Source of the DNA: the human T2T-CHM13v2.0 reference genome, Homo sapiens | Length of the DNA stretch: 64,000 nucleotides | Assembly (NCBI RefSeq): GCF_009914755.1 | Contig: NC_060932.1 | Reading direction: 5' to 3' (one strand) | Notes under the pieces: generated by a model | Databases searched by the model: none | What the model was told of the DNA's origin: nothing | Seen by the model: the letters and a program-made list of their open reading frames with translations, nothing else | Shown here: positions 1-15,661 of the stretch, piece after piece | How positions within the stretch are numbered: position 1 is the first letter of the stretch | Layout of the letters: every line of letters begins with the position of its first letter | Translations under genes and position numbers: made by a program

Positions 1-129
1 AGTCCACTTTTTCCCTGGAGGGTGTGTCCCTTTGAAGATCTAAACTATATGTGAGTCTCGGGTTTCTCGTTTTCTTTGTACAGGCCCAAAAGACTTCATT
101 TCCCTGAACAACTATTAAAAGTTTTCAGA

Positions 130-317
130 ACGGGTAAGGTGGTAAATATTTTAGGCCTGTGAGCCATATGGTCTCTGCTGCAACTACTTAACTCTGCTGT
201 TGCAGCACAAAAGCAGTCACTGACCATACATAGATGAATGGGCATGGCTATGTGCCAATAAAACTTTATTTACAAAAACAGGTGGTTGGCCTGTGTGCTG
301 TAGCTTGCCAACACTGC
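130..317 (+). mobile_element. MER58A-like hAT-Charlie DNA transposon fossil
   Basis: Motifs gtaaatattttaggc..gccatatggtctctg.tgcaactact.aactctgc and gtgccaataaaactttatttacaaaaacaggtgg match the recalled MER58A consensus. Confidence 0.75.
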
Positions 318-813
318 TCTAGAATCCTGATATTGCCTTTGTTTCCTAACTAGCCCTGACTCCTGATTTTCTTACTTTTTTGCTCATGGCTTATTTTGTT
401 TTGTCTTACTTTATGTTTCTGGGGATTTCCCTTATTATCTTGAGAGTTAACCAATTCACTTAATATTGCAATGTATCCAGCATTTTAATGCTTTGCAAGG
501 GAGGGATTTTAAAAACAAATAGTTCTACTAGCAAAACCCAACAATTTCTCTCTTTCTTTTGGCTTACATACCCTCTTAGCTAAACAAAACCTAACAATTA
601 GCTAAATGACAACCATCTGTTTTTCTTTAAGCATCTTCTCTAGTCCTTTAGCATCCTGTCACACCAATTTATAGCTACTCTTCTCTCTGAGAGCTTATGG
701 TCTCAGGGTAGCAAGATTTCAGAATAGAGATACTAAGATTCTGACCTCCCTTCTGTCATCTCAGAGGATACATAGAAGAGACTTGGGTATTGTGTGTGAA
801 TGTGGCCATCTGA

Positions 814-1593
<780 letters not shown>

Positions 1594-2329
1594 CCACGAA
1601 TAAAATTATAAAAATATTAGATAATGAGAGTGTTATGTTGAAGATGAAAGAAGTTGTTTTAATAGGGAATGACAAACAGGTTTTTTTTTTTTTTATTGTT
1701 GTTGTTTTAGATGGATAGAGGGCTGGATGAGGAGGCAACATTTAAACCTGACTTGAATGATATAAAGGAACAAGCTATGGAAAGATCTGAGGCAGGGGAG
1801 GGGAACATTTTTGGTATTTTCAGAAGTCAGAGAGAATGTGAGTGTGGCTGAGATACGGCATAGCAAAATTGAAACGAAAAGGTCTCAACGAAAAAAGAAA
1901 ATGAGAATCTGAGAAACAGTGGGACTAGCCTAGGAGTGCAATGAAAAGGAGCCCGGGGATGACAGCTGTGCAGCAGTCTTAGGAAACAATTGGTCCAAAT
2001 TAGAACAGGAGAGCTGAGGGCCCAAGAATGGGTTGAATGAGAAAGGGGATTACATGGCACACCTGATATAATGAAGAACCTGGGAGATTTTCATGATAAG
2101 ATGGGGACATATGTCTTCTGTTAATCAGAAAATAGTAAGGTAATGGCAATCGTGGGAAAAATAAATATTCAGAAGAAATTTATAGTTTAAATATGAAGTA
2201 AGCTGAAATGTGGCATGACAGCAGTTGATTTAATTTAATTAAACAGAAAGTATTTGATCTTGATGTCTGGTACTTCTTTCTATAGACAGTACAGGCTTAG
2301 TGATATATGGTATGGTTACTATATTGAGG

Positions 2330-2490
2330 TTTTTTAAAAACAGCTTTATTAAGATATTGACATATAAAATTGTATATACTTAAGATGTATGACTTGATGT
2401 TTTGATACATGTATACATCGTGAAATGGCCACCACAATGAAGCCAATTAATGTATCCATTACTTCTAATTGTTACCATTTGTGTGTGTGT
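2330..2490 (-). mobile_element. L1MA/MB 3' end fragment
   Basis: cagctttattaagata..tataaaattgtatatac..tgatgttttgatacatgtatacat is typical of old L1 3'UTR antisense. Confidence 0.65.
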
Positions 2491-3119
2491 TATGTACTGA
2501 CTTTCCTATGAGAAAAAGCACACTCCTAAGCACTGCAGTAGATGATATTTATGCAATAAAGGTAGTATTATAGATGTGGTTTCCAAGTTCAAAGTTTTAG
2601 AGTCAATCTATGCTAACAAAACAATAAAGACCCAAATATAGTTATAAACAATACAGCATATGGACAAATATAGTTATAAATCTTGATGCTGTAGAAGTGA
2701 GCACACAGGTGACCAAGGATGGGAGAATGATGAGCCCCAGGGACGATTATCTCCTCATCTTATGTGGTGGGTCTGAGGGGCAAAGGTTTGAGGGAGAATT
2801 TAAATCTTCAATTTCTGGGTATGCTTTAAAACTTTTAAAACTCTTCTTGTATCATTTTTACATGTTTATTTTAGAAAGCATTTTCCTTTAGTTCTTTTAT
2901 TCTACAATATTTATGGATCATTTTCTATGTCCCATATGTCATGCACTGGGAAATAAGAGGAGAACAAGAGAAAAAAATCCTTGTCCTCATGTAGCTTGTA
3001 TTCCAGTGGGGGAGAGTGTGCCTTTCTATAGCATCACAAAAAATGCAAGTTAAAGGAATGGGGTATTAGTGATGTTTTTGTCTCATTAAGGAACAAGGTT
3101 CTCATTGAGCAATAAGGTC

Positions 3120-3528
3120 ATATTGATGACTCCTAAATCTCTATCTTCAGACCAGATCTTGTTCTTGAGCTTCAGATCTGCATGTCTGAGTGCCTAATGG
3201 GCACCTCCAAACCTGATCTTCTTCCAGCATCCTGCAGCTCCATCAGAAAACATCTTTCTCCCTCTTCCACCTTCCTTCTTCTCTCACCCTCACACCACTT
3301 CAGGTCCAATCCATGACCAAGACCTGCAGATTCTACCTCCTGCATAGAGCTTGACTTCCTGTGTTGGTAGTGTACTCACCACTCCTTTTCAATCCTGGCC
3401 ATCATCCCTCAGTTGAATTATTGCAAACACACCCTTCACTGCTCTCCAACCCATTTTCCACATGGCAGCCAGAGCCATGTTTCAAACAAGTCTGAACATC
3501 TTGTTAATGTGCCTAAAGTACTTCAATG
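3120..3528 (+). mobile_element. L2 fragment
   Basis: atgactcctaaatctctatcttcag.ccaga..cttcagatc..ccaatccatgaccaag..gattctacctc are degenerate L2 motifs. Confidence 0.5.
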
Positions 3529-3529
3529 A

Positions 3530-3848
3530 TGTCTTAGTCTGTTTTGTGCTCCTATAACAGAATATCTGAGAGTGGGTAATTTATAGTGAGCAGAAATTTA
3601 TTGGCTCACAATTCTAGAGGCTGAGAAGTCCAAGATCAAGGTGCTGGCATCTGGTGAGGCCCTTCTTGCTGTGTCATTTCATGGTGGAAGGGCCAGAGCA
3701 CAAGAGAGTGCACCCACTCCCATTTGTATAATGGCATTAATCTATTCATGACCTAAACACCTCCCTTTAGGCCCTACTTCCCAACACTGTCACATTGGGG
3801 ATTAAGTTTCCAACACGTGAACTTTTGGGTCGCATTCAACCCATAGCA
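3530..3848 (-). mobile_element. MaLR solo LTR (MST/MLT1A-like)
   Basis: Begins tgtcttagtctgttttgtgct.ctataacagaata, contains aagtccaagatcaaggtgctggca, ends ccatagca. Confidence 0.8.
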
Positions 3849-3939
3849 AACAATTTGCCATGACCCTTAGGAGAAATTTCAAATTCTTTGGTATGCTTGC
3901 AAAATCTCTCTGTCTTTCAATCTTATGCACACATGTGTA

Positions 3940-3977
3940 TGCACACTCATGCACACACACACATATACACACACACA
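3940..3977. repeat. Imperfect (CA)n microsatellite
   Basis: gcacacacacacatatacacacacaca. Confidence 0.7.
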
Positions 3978-4129
3978 TAAAATACCCTCCCCATCATCTA
4001 GCTCTCCTCTGCCAGGGTCTCCCCTCCCTGCCTGCCTGCCTACCCAGCTGCCTCTGTTGCTGGTAGGGCACCAGCCCCATGCGTGGCTATGAGAGTCTGC
4101 TTGTTTTTGTGGCCGTTTGATAGTGTTTG

Positions 4130-4350
4130 GGGTGGAGTGATTCTGGAGTGCAGGCTCTGGGGTCTCACCCTCTTGGTTCAAATCCTGATTCTACTACTTC
4201 CTCAGGCAAGTTACTTAACTTCTGGTAAGCTCCATGAGCATCTGTAAAATGGGGATCACAGTGACCTCACTTCACAGAATCGTTACAAGGTGTGTGATGT
4301 GCCCTGTAACACCCAGGACTGAGAAACCCCTAACCCCTTGTGAATGTTAG
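4130..4350 (+). mobile_element. MIR
   Basis: ggttcaaatcctgattctact..ggcaagttacttaacttct..catctgtaaaatgggga MIR core. Confidence 0.7.
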
Positions 4351-5894
4351 CTAGCCTCTCCACTGCTGCTGTGACTCTTACTGTGACTCTCTTGATCTGG
4401 TCTCAACTTAATAAGGTTCTCTGGATGGCCTCCCCATGCCCTCTGCCTCTGTGGCTCCCACATTTCCCCTCCATGACACATGTGCCCCTCTATTGTAAGC
4501 ATTCCTAGACTGTCTGTTAGCATGTTACCTTCTGTTTTCTACAACATTCCCAGGGATTTCTACAGTGTTGGGTACCTGGTAGGGCTCAGTATAAAAGAAA
4601 TAAATAAGGAATACATGAGATAGATGCCAAATTTAGTTAATCCAATTTGACCCTGGAAAGAACATTCTGACCTTGAGAAATACAGGACCCTGGAACCATT
4701 GAGCAGGACTGTTCCACCTGTGGAAATGCATCTGTCATTCTATAGTTGTTTAGAAGATCTTTAATATGTGAATTTCTTTATTGATTTTTAAAAAAATGCT
4801 TGTTTCCCAAGCACGTTTCTAACTTAGAGACTATTAGGAGGTGTGTCTAGATGTTAGAAAGGTGGACCCACCTCCACCGGGTGAGTGAAGAGAGGTGGAG
4901 CACTATACTTGCAGAGTGCTGTATGGGCCTCAGTGCAGTGTCTTTCTGCCTGGGAAAGCTTTTCTTTCATGGGGCTGTGTCATTTATACATGCATGCCCT
5001 CATGCACACCTTCCACAGGGCCAGCCAGCCCTCCTCTTGCAGGAATCTTGCTCTCAACTGAGGCTGGGAGACTGATGTCCGGGTAGGTGTGACATGAGCT
5101 TAGGCAGTAATTTGGCTCTTTTAAGAGTGCAGACAGTCTCCTGGAGTCCCGCAGCTCCCATCACTCTGCAGCCAGGAGCAGAGTCCAGCTGTCCTCAGGC
5201 CCCACGGGGACCTCGCTGTGTTTACACGACTCGTCATATGGTAACCTCTTACAGCTCTTGGGCAGGCTGCACTGTTACCTCATCTGCAGTCCCGTGACCT
5301 CATCCATGTAGAATGTAGCGAGTGCAAGCTGGGAGTGGAGCAGGCTCAGCCTCTCACTTCGAGCCCAGGAGAAGCTGTCCTCCACGTGGACTCAGGGAAT
5401 CCACCAGGTGGAGATCTGTCCACTTAGTAATTATTCCCAGCAGGGGTCCGATTGGGAGCCAAGAAGATGTGTTTTCCAGGGGCTGGGGCTGGGAGGTGCC
5501 GGTGCAGACATGTGTGTGCCCACACCTGGAAGTTAGTTATCTCATGTGATTTTTGTCGCCTCCAAGAAGGGCTACTGACTCCCAGCATCTCAGCCTGTCA
5601 GGTAGGAGCCTCCAAGATGGTGGTGTGCAAACAGGCTGTGAAACGCACCACAAAAGGGACTAGGAAGGCACAGTCTCAGAACGGGGGTGGAAGCATCACT
5701 AGGTACTGCTTTTATTGTTTATCACTTTCTTTGAATTATATTTGCTCTCCCCCTGCAAAAAAATATTGCATGTGATGACTAGGAATATAAAATAAATTAC
5801 CTTTGCCATAGGCTGCTGGGTTTATTAGCCTCTTTCAAACTCTTCACAATGTAAAGGACAGGCTGACCTACAGTGGCCTCCTCCTTCCAACAGG

Positions 5895-5967
5895 CTCTCC
5901 CTCTCTCCCCCTCACTCCCTCCCTCCCTCCCTCTCTCTCCCCCCTCTCTCTCCCCTCTCCTCTCTCT
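5895..5967. repeat. CT-rich low-complexity polypyrimidine tract
   Basis: ctctccctctctccccctcactccctccctccctcc... Confidence 0.8.
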
Positions 5968-6064
5968 GTGTAACAGGAGCTCTATTTGTACATTTAACTG
6001 CTTAACCTTTTGAGTTACTTCAGAGCTCTGTATTTTTTCTAAGATTTCTTTGGGATACAATTAA

Positions 6065-6364
6065 AATTTTTCCACCTTTATTAAGGTATAATTGACAATT
6101 AAAAATTGTATATATTTACGGTGTACAACATCGTGTTTTGATATATGTATACCTTGTGAAGTGATGACCAGAGTGAAGTTAATTAACATAGCCATTGCCT
6201 CATGTCGTTATCGTTTTGTGAGTGTGGGGTGAGAACATTGAAGATCTACCCTCTTAGCAATTTTTAAGGATACAATACAATACGATTAACTATAGTCATC
6301 ATGCTGTCCAATAGACCTCCAGAACTTAGTCATCCTGTCTCACTGAAACTTGGTACCCTTTGGC
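6065..6364 (-). mobile_element. L1MA (MA8-10-like) 3' end
   Basis: ctttattaaggtataattgacaa..aaaattgtatatattta..gagaacat.taagatcta..cttagcaatttt..ctccagaactta. Confidence 0.75.
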
Positions 6365-6542
6365 TAGTCATTTTAAATTTTAGGTGCTGATTTAGCTAAT
6401 ATATATATATATATTTAAATTTAGCTACCTTACATATTTATATTTAGAAAAAAGGCAAAGATTAAAAAACAAGTTTAGGAAACAAAAATGGCAGAAACAA
6501 CACAAAAATTAAATACCTCCAGAGGTCAAGAATTTATTTGGG

Positions 6543-6838
6543 GGCTGGGTGCAGTGGCTCGCGCCTGTAATCCCAGCACTTTGGGAGGCCAAGGGGGCGG
6601 TGGATCATCTGAGGTCAGGAGTTCAAGAACAGCCTGGCCAACATGGTGCAACCCCGTCTCTACTAAAAATACAAAAATTAGCCCATTGTCGCGATGGGTG
6701 CCTGTAGTCCCAGCTACTCAGGAGGCTGAGGCAGGAGAATTGTTTGAACCCAGGAGGCAGAGGTTGCAGTGAGTTGAGATCACATCACTGCACTCCAGCC
6801 TGGACAACAGAGTGAGACTCCACCTCAAAAAAAAAAAA
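6543..6838 (+). mobile_element. AluS (Sx-like)
   Basis: Full dimer with A-tail; degenerate TSD tatttgg on both sides. Confidence 0.92.
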
Positions 6839-8279
6839 TGTATTTGGAAAAGCTCTGGCAATGAAAATACTCCTGAGGGGGAGGATGCTAATTTTAAGGA
6901 GCAAATGTTAGTAAACTGACGGAGTCAGTCATCCCCCTGACTACGTGGAGATCAGTGAGGAATATAGGACTCGTTGCTCCTGGTCTGTAAATGTGGAACA
7001 AAACCCATTCTTAAGAGTGGGATCTTAGTCTTCTTGGGGTGAGAGGCAAATGCTTGGCTATAATGAGCAAAAGAGCTGGGGTCATTATTTTGATAGTGTG
7101 TTTGCTGCCTACTTTTAGTCATGCACCTGAGACATTCTTATTAGCAAGCTTGGAGCAGCAGTGGAGTGTTGAAAAAATTTCTCTCAAACCTGGGCTCTAG
7201 GACAGTCCTCCTGCACACAGATGAATGCCCCTGTGAGCAAATTGCCTCCCCAGCCTGTTCAGAGTCACCTACGCTGCTGGCAAATGGTTTTTCAGAGCAA
7301 GGTAAGCCCTGCAGAGACCCAGAGGCCTGTATATTTAAACAATTACGGCCTGTGTGTGTCTCAGCCTCCTGCTGCATGCTCCTGAGCAAGATGGTGTAAT
7401 ATGTGCATTTTACATATCAATAGCAGAGGAGGCTGTTTCCAGATGGCTGTACCTATTTCAAAGCCACCTTTTTATGCAGAAGGAAGACTGTGTGACCTCC
7501 CTCCAAGTAAATGTGTTTTGTAAGTCCTGGGAATGAATGCTTAAAAAATGGTCGTGGGCTATATTTCATGTCCAGTCCAACATGTTGTGTGTGCACAGCT
7601 GTTCGGGGCTGGCATGTGGTAGCATAATAAAAGGAAGATTACCATTTCCAATTTTTTCCCCTTCTGAAAGCTTGATATGCATATATGAAACTTGTGGAAA
7701 AAAATATGCATAATGAGACAGGGATGCTGGGTCTCAAGGCACTAGTCGGTGCACATCTGGAGTTTCTAGCATTCTAGAGATAGTTACTTATTCCCAGGAG
7801 CCGCTGCCGGAGTGGGAATGGTAGCCCGGTATCCATGGTGAGCTTCCCTATCTCACCGTGCCAGGTGTGCGTGTGTGTGTTATTTCTTGGAAAGGCTGTC
7901 CTCTGAGGGGGTGGGGAGGGAAGAAGGCAAGAGAGGAGAGGAGGAAAAAAACAGAAGGGAGGTAATTAGGCGCCACCTTGCCCAATGGAGCCTGCTCAGG
8001 TGTCTGAAATCAAGGATGGGGATTGGAAGGGTGCTGATGGAGTCTGATGATTCCTCCTGCCTGCCAAGTCCACGCTTGTTTCTATGGGTACAAGACCAGG
8101 GGAAAGAAACCCTGGGGTCAGAAAAGAGGCATGGATCACAATACCAAGCAGGATGGGCCTTGCTACTTGCCTCTTCTGCAATGTGGTATTAGTCTTGAAC
8201 TGACAACCTGAATTCATGCTGATTTTTTCCCCCAGTTTAGACATTGGAAGTGTTTCAAACTTCGTAGGCTGTTATTTAG

Positions 8280-8611
<332 letters not shown>

Positions 8612-8900
8612 GGGATAGCATTTTAACTGGATAGCTGACTGGCTGATTTTATATTCCCACTTAATGGATAGAGAAATTGAGGCATTAGGAACCATATGGA
8701 CCTGCCTTACTCTGAGAGGGAAATAGGAGCAGGCCTGGGAAGTTTTCCCAGGAAAGAGAATTTGTTATAGCTTCATAGATTCATGGGATGCATGAATTTT
8801 CTTTTTCTTTTTTTTTGAGTTGCAAGATTGTGAGGTTGCAGATGCTCTGTGTAAAACAATGCCCCACAGGGAGGGAAGTGTGAGGTCCGGCCTGAGGCCA

Positions 8901-8930
8901 CCCTTAAAAAGGGCTATAAACAGCAGCTGC
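8901..8930 (+). promoter_or_regulatory. Candidate core promoter/enhancer motif cluster (TATAAA plus CAGCTG E-box)
   Basis: cccttaaaaagggcTATAAAcagCAGCTGc in non-repeat DNA; motif evidence only. Confidence 0.25.
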
Positions 8931-9311
8931 TTCTATTGTGCGTGCCAAGTGCTGCCTATTAGTTTAGGTTTCCAAACTCCTTGTTTCTTTCTCTTGAACC
9001 AGATGTGACCGAGCAAGAGTTTGTCAATTCAGAGGTAGACCCCAGATGGTGGGAATCAAAGGAGGGAAGTGAGGGGCACACGGGCCTCTGGGGGCTGAGG
9101 CAGGAGACAGCTCTCTGCCTTTCTCAGGTACTCTGTTTTTCTGTCTTGGTGTCTGATCCGTCCTTCCTTCTCCGGGTTTGGCAGCTGAGGCAGAGTGGGG
9201 AAGAGTGTCTGTGGTGTCTGATCTTCAAGCTCACACATGAGCTCGTGGAGGGCTCAGGACACAAAGGAGGGGGATAGATGACAGTGGAAGAGCACTCGGG
9301 AGCCCCATTAG

Positions 9312-9887
<576 letters not shown>

Positions 9888-9935
9888 TAATTAATCTCTT
9901 TTATTTCTCTTTCCCTCTTTCTTTCTTCTTCTAAG

Positions 9936-10235
9936 GTAGAGGACCTTTGGAGATGTGAATGAAAACAGCTGTCTGAACAAGTGGTACCCTAACTAGCGCG
10001 GCTGTGAGTCTGAAGCTTGAAATGGGGAAGTTGGTCAGCATGGGTGAGCTATGCAGCCCAGGTGAAGGGATCCTCAAGCAGCAGCCTCTGCCTTTTTGTC
10101 TTCTCCTTTTCACGGAGATGACAAGAATCACCCCAGGACTTATCTTCTGAGGTGCTCAGCTGTGGTCCCAGTGCTGCTTTGGTCACTGCTATGGCGGGTG
10201 GAAGCAGGATGGGTGAAGTCATTCTGGAGAACAAG
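9936..10235 (+). other. Candidate non-coding exon
   Basis: ~40-nt polypyrimidine tract plus ctaAG at 9934-35; donor AAG|GTAAAT at 10235/6; stops in all three frames near the start. Confidence 0.25.
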
Positions 10236-10244
10236 GTAAATTAT

Positions 10245-10620
10245 AGCCAAATTATATATTTGCATATGCCATGACCCAGCATCCCAATATATGCCAGAGA
10301 AACTCTTGCACAGATTCATGTGGAAATAAACATAGTAAAGATGTCCTACATATCTTTCTGGGTCCCAGGGAGTTGGAGGGAACTTAGGTACCCATCATTT
10401 GGGGAATAGAGAAAATGTGGTGGGAGCTTATGCTGGAATACCATGCAGCAGCTGAAGTAATGAATGAACACAAATCTTTAGCAAGACTGTTGAATGAACA
10501 TGTAAGAAATAGGACAGTATTTATAGCATGGTGTCATTTTAATAATGTTAACAGAAGCATACACATACAAACAATATTGTATTTTTACGTTTCCAGGCAC
10601 AAATTTCTTATACATGACAT
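10245..10620 (+). mobile_element. Old L1M (ME/MC-like) ORF2-3' fragment
   Basis: atgacccagca..agagaaactcttgcaca..aaaatgtggt..atgctggaataccatgcagcag. Confidence 0.5.
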
Positions 10621-11700
10621 TGGGTGGAGAGAGAGGAAGGAGACATGCCATGGGGATCAAGGTTAGAGGGAAAAAATTCAAATAAAATTAAAGAATAGAG
10701 GGGGTTTAAAATGCCCAGTTATGATAATTAACATGCCATGAACTGAAGAAACAACTCAGTTTTGCACTAAATTCCTATCTATGGAAATGGAAATTCTCTT
10801 TGTCTCTTTCTCATCTATCTACATATCTATAACATACCATAGTTTCTGTGATAAAAAGTATCACAGAAATGCATAAATGCATATGAAATCTCACTGTCAA
10901 TAATCAACCATCAAATACTCTTTAAACCTATACTATGGATGTAGTCCTGCGCTAGGTCTGATGGAACATGCAAGAGCATAGGGTATTGTCCTTGTTACCA
11001 TGCAGATTGGAACTTACATATGAAACAAGAGCATGCAATTTAAAATAGCATATAATGAATGCCCAAACTGTGTAAGACATACACAAAGAGGTGCATGAGA
11101 ATTAAAAACAAAGATGGCTGGTGAGGACAGGAGTGGTCAGAGAAAACTCACTGGAGAAAGAAGCTCTGCACTGGGCGGTGAAGGATGGTGGTACTGGCTT
11201 GGCAGAGGGAAGGGGAACGGAAGCCGCATAGAGACATAAATCGTGAAGCTACCAAGGGGACCACGAGTGCAGTAGCCAGACCCCAGCAGAAGGGGACGGC
11301 TTGAGGTGTGGGTGAAGCAGGGTGCAGTGCATACTTACCCTGTCGTCTGCGCAGCATTCAGCTTCTGGGAACCATGTGTGGCTGCCTCTGGCTCCTTTAT
11401 CTCCAGGGCTTCTCGGAAGCCATTTGTACAGACGTTTTCAGGCCTCTCCTGCCCACTGCTCAGGGTGTGGGTGCTGAGGGTGGGATTTGGGATTTGGCCA
11501 GGAGGAAGCATCTGCCACCACCGGCATCCCTTTTGCTTTCTTTTTCCTCTTATGAGTACTCAGGGCTGCCTCCTAGCTTTGCCTAATTGCTCTATCCACG
11601 GACCAATGAGAGCGGGTGACGTTTTAAAGTGACAATCCTACATTGATAGTATTTTCTAGAAAATTCTCCACACACCCGTGGACTAATCTTCCAGAGATCA

Positions 11701-12295
<595 letters not shown>

Positions 12296-12334
12296 TCAAA
12301 TTTATAACCTGTATGAGTTTAATCAATATTATTA

Positions 12335-12700
<366 letters not shown>

Positions 12701-12720
12701 CTAGGAGGCCAGGCATGGTG

Positions 12721-13433
12721 CTATGGATGTTCACAAAGGGGGTCCTAATGCATGTGTTCTGAACAAACATGTATATTACATACAAGCCATGTTCACCTTG
12801 TGGTGGAGACAACAATGAAGTGTATCACAATCAAGCTCTATACGTCAAAAGGTGAAGCAGGGACACCAAGGCACTCAGTGTACAGCCTCTGTAATCCAGC
12901 CAGAACCAGTCTATAGTCAGTGGTCTCTTATCAGGAGAAAGTTACTGAAATAAGGCTCTTGTCCAATCAAAGCTGTAGTTATGGCTGTGGAACAGGGGTT
13001 GGGGGTTAGTCAGGCAGTGTCTGGTGGCTGGTGAGCTGCAGTTGTTTCAATATTGCTTATCTCAGGGCCACTGCTTGTTTGGCTGCCAGAGAAAAATAAA
13101 AACCCTGTAGCCCTTAGGACATAGTATACTCTTTAAGTGTAGGGGTGCATGACTTAACCCTTGCCTAGCATAGCCTTAGGTTCTGTTTCCAATTCGGTAT
13201 CTTACTGCCACAAAGCGTCTGTTATGTCAGCCTTACGATCTCTGTTTTAATATTAATGCTTGTCAGTGGTTGTGTCTAAACCGTAAAAGAAAGGGGTTAT
13301 ACGTGTTTGACGTCCTATCCCATCATGGCCAGGAACTCAGTTTTTAAGGTTTCTCTGGGATCCCCTTGGCCAAGAGGGGGTCAGTTCAGTCAGTTGGCAG
13401 GGGCGGGGGCTGTTAGGATTTTATTTTTAGTTC
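12721..13433 (-). mobile_element. ERV1 MER4-group LTR (3'-truncated)
   Basis: Antisense of aaaaataaaatcctaa..ccccctcttggccaagggga.cccagagaaaccttaaaaactgagttcctggccatga, the recalled MER4-family LTR start. Confidence 0.65.
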
Positions 13434-13908
13434 TTATTGGTTTTATGTTGACATATTTTGGATATATTGAATTAAATATAACACACAGTCAGCCCTCCCT
13501 GTCCATGGATTCAGCATCCATGAATTAACCAACCTAGGATCAAAAATATTCAAGAAAAAAATTAAAAATAAAACAAATAAAAAAGCAATACAGTATAACA
13601 ACTATCTATAGAGCCTTTACATTGCATTAGATATTATAAGTAATCTAGAGATGATTTAAAATATACAACAGGATGTGCATGGGTTCTATGCAATTACTAT
13701 ACCATTTTATATAAGGGGCTTGAGCTTTCATGGATATTGGTATTTGAGGGGGTCCTGGAACCTGATATATCAAAGTCGCCTCCCCCGATACGTCAAGGAG
13801 CAACTGTATTATTAAAATGAATTTGAGTTCTTTTAAAAAATGTGATTATAAAACATTTAAAATTACACATGGAGCTCACATTCTGGTTCTGCTGGGGAGG
13901 GCTGCTCT
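13434..13908 (-). mobile_element. MER3/MER33 (hAT-Charlie) fragment split by MER2
   Basis: atattttggatatattgaattaaat | tattattaaaat..aaaacatttaaaattacacat.g.gctcacatt. Confidence 0.55.
13486..13806 (-). mobile_element. MER2 (TcMar-Tigger)
   Basis: Termini cagtc..caactg; internal attataagtaatctagagatgatttaaa..accattttatataagggg.ttgagc..gggtcctggaacc. Confidence 0.85.
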
Positions 13909-13989
13909 GGATTAAAGTTGTTCTTGGCTTATTTATTTGGTTTTCCATGCACTTTTCAACTCTGATTCTATGCCTGTGATCTGGATCTT

Positions 13990-15600
<1,611 letters not shown>

Positions 15601-15661
15601 CCCCCACCCCCACCTTCCCCCGTTTCTCTTTAAGATACCCCAGGCTGCTACTGGCTGCCTC

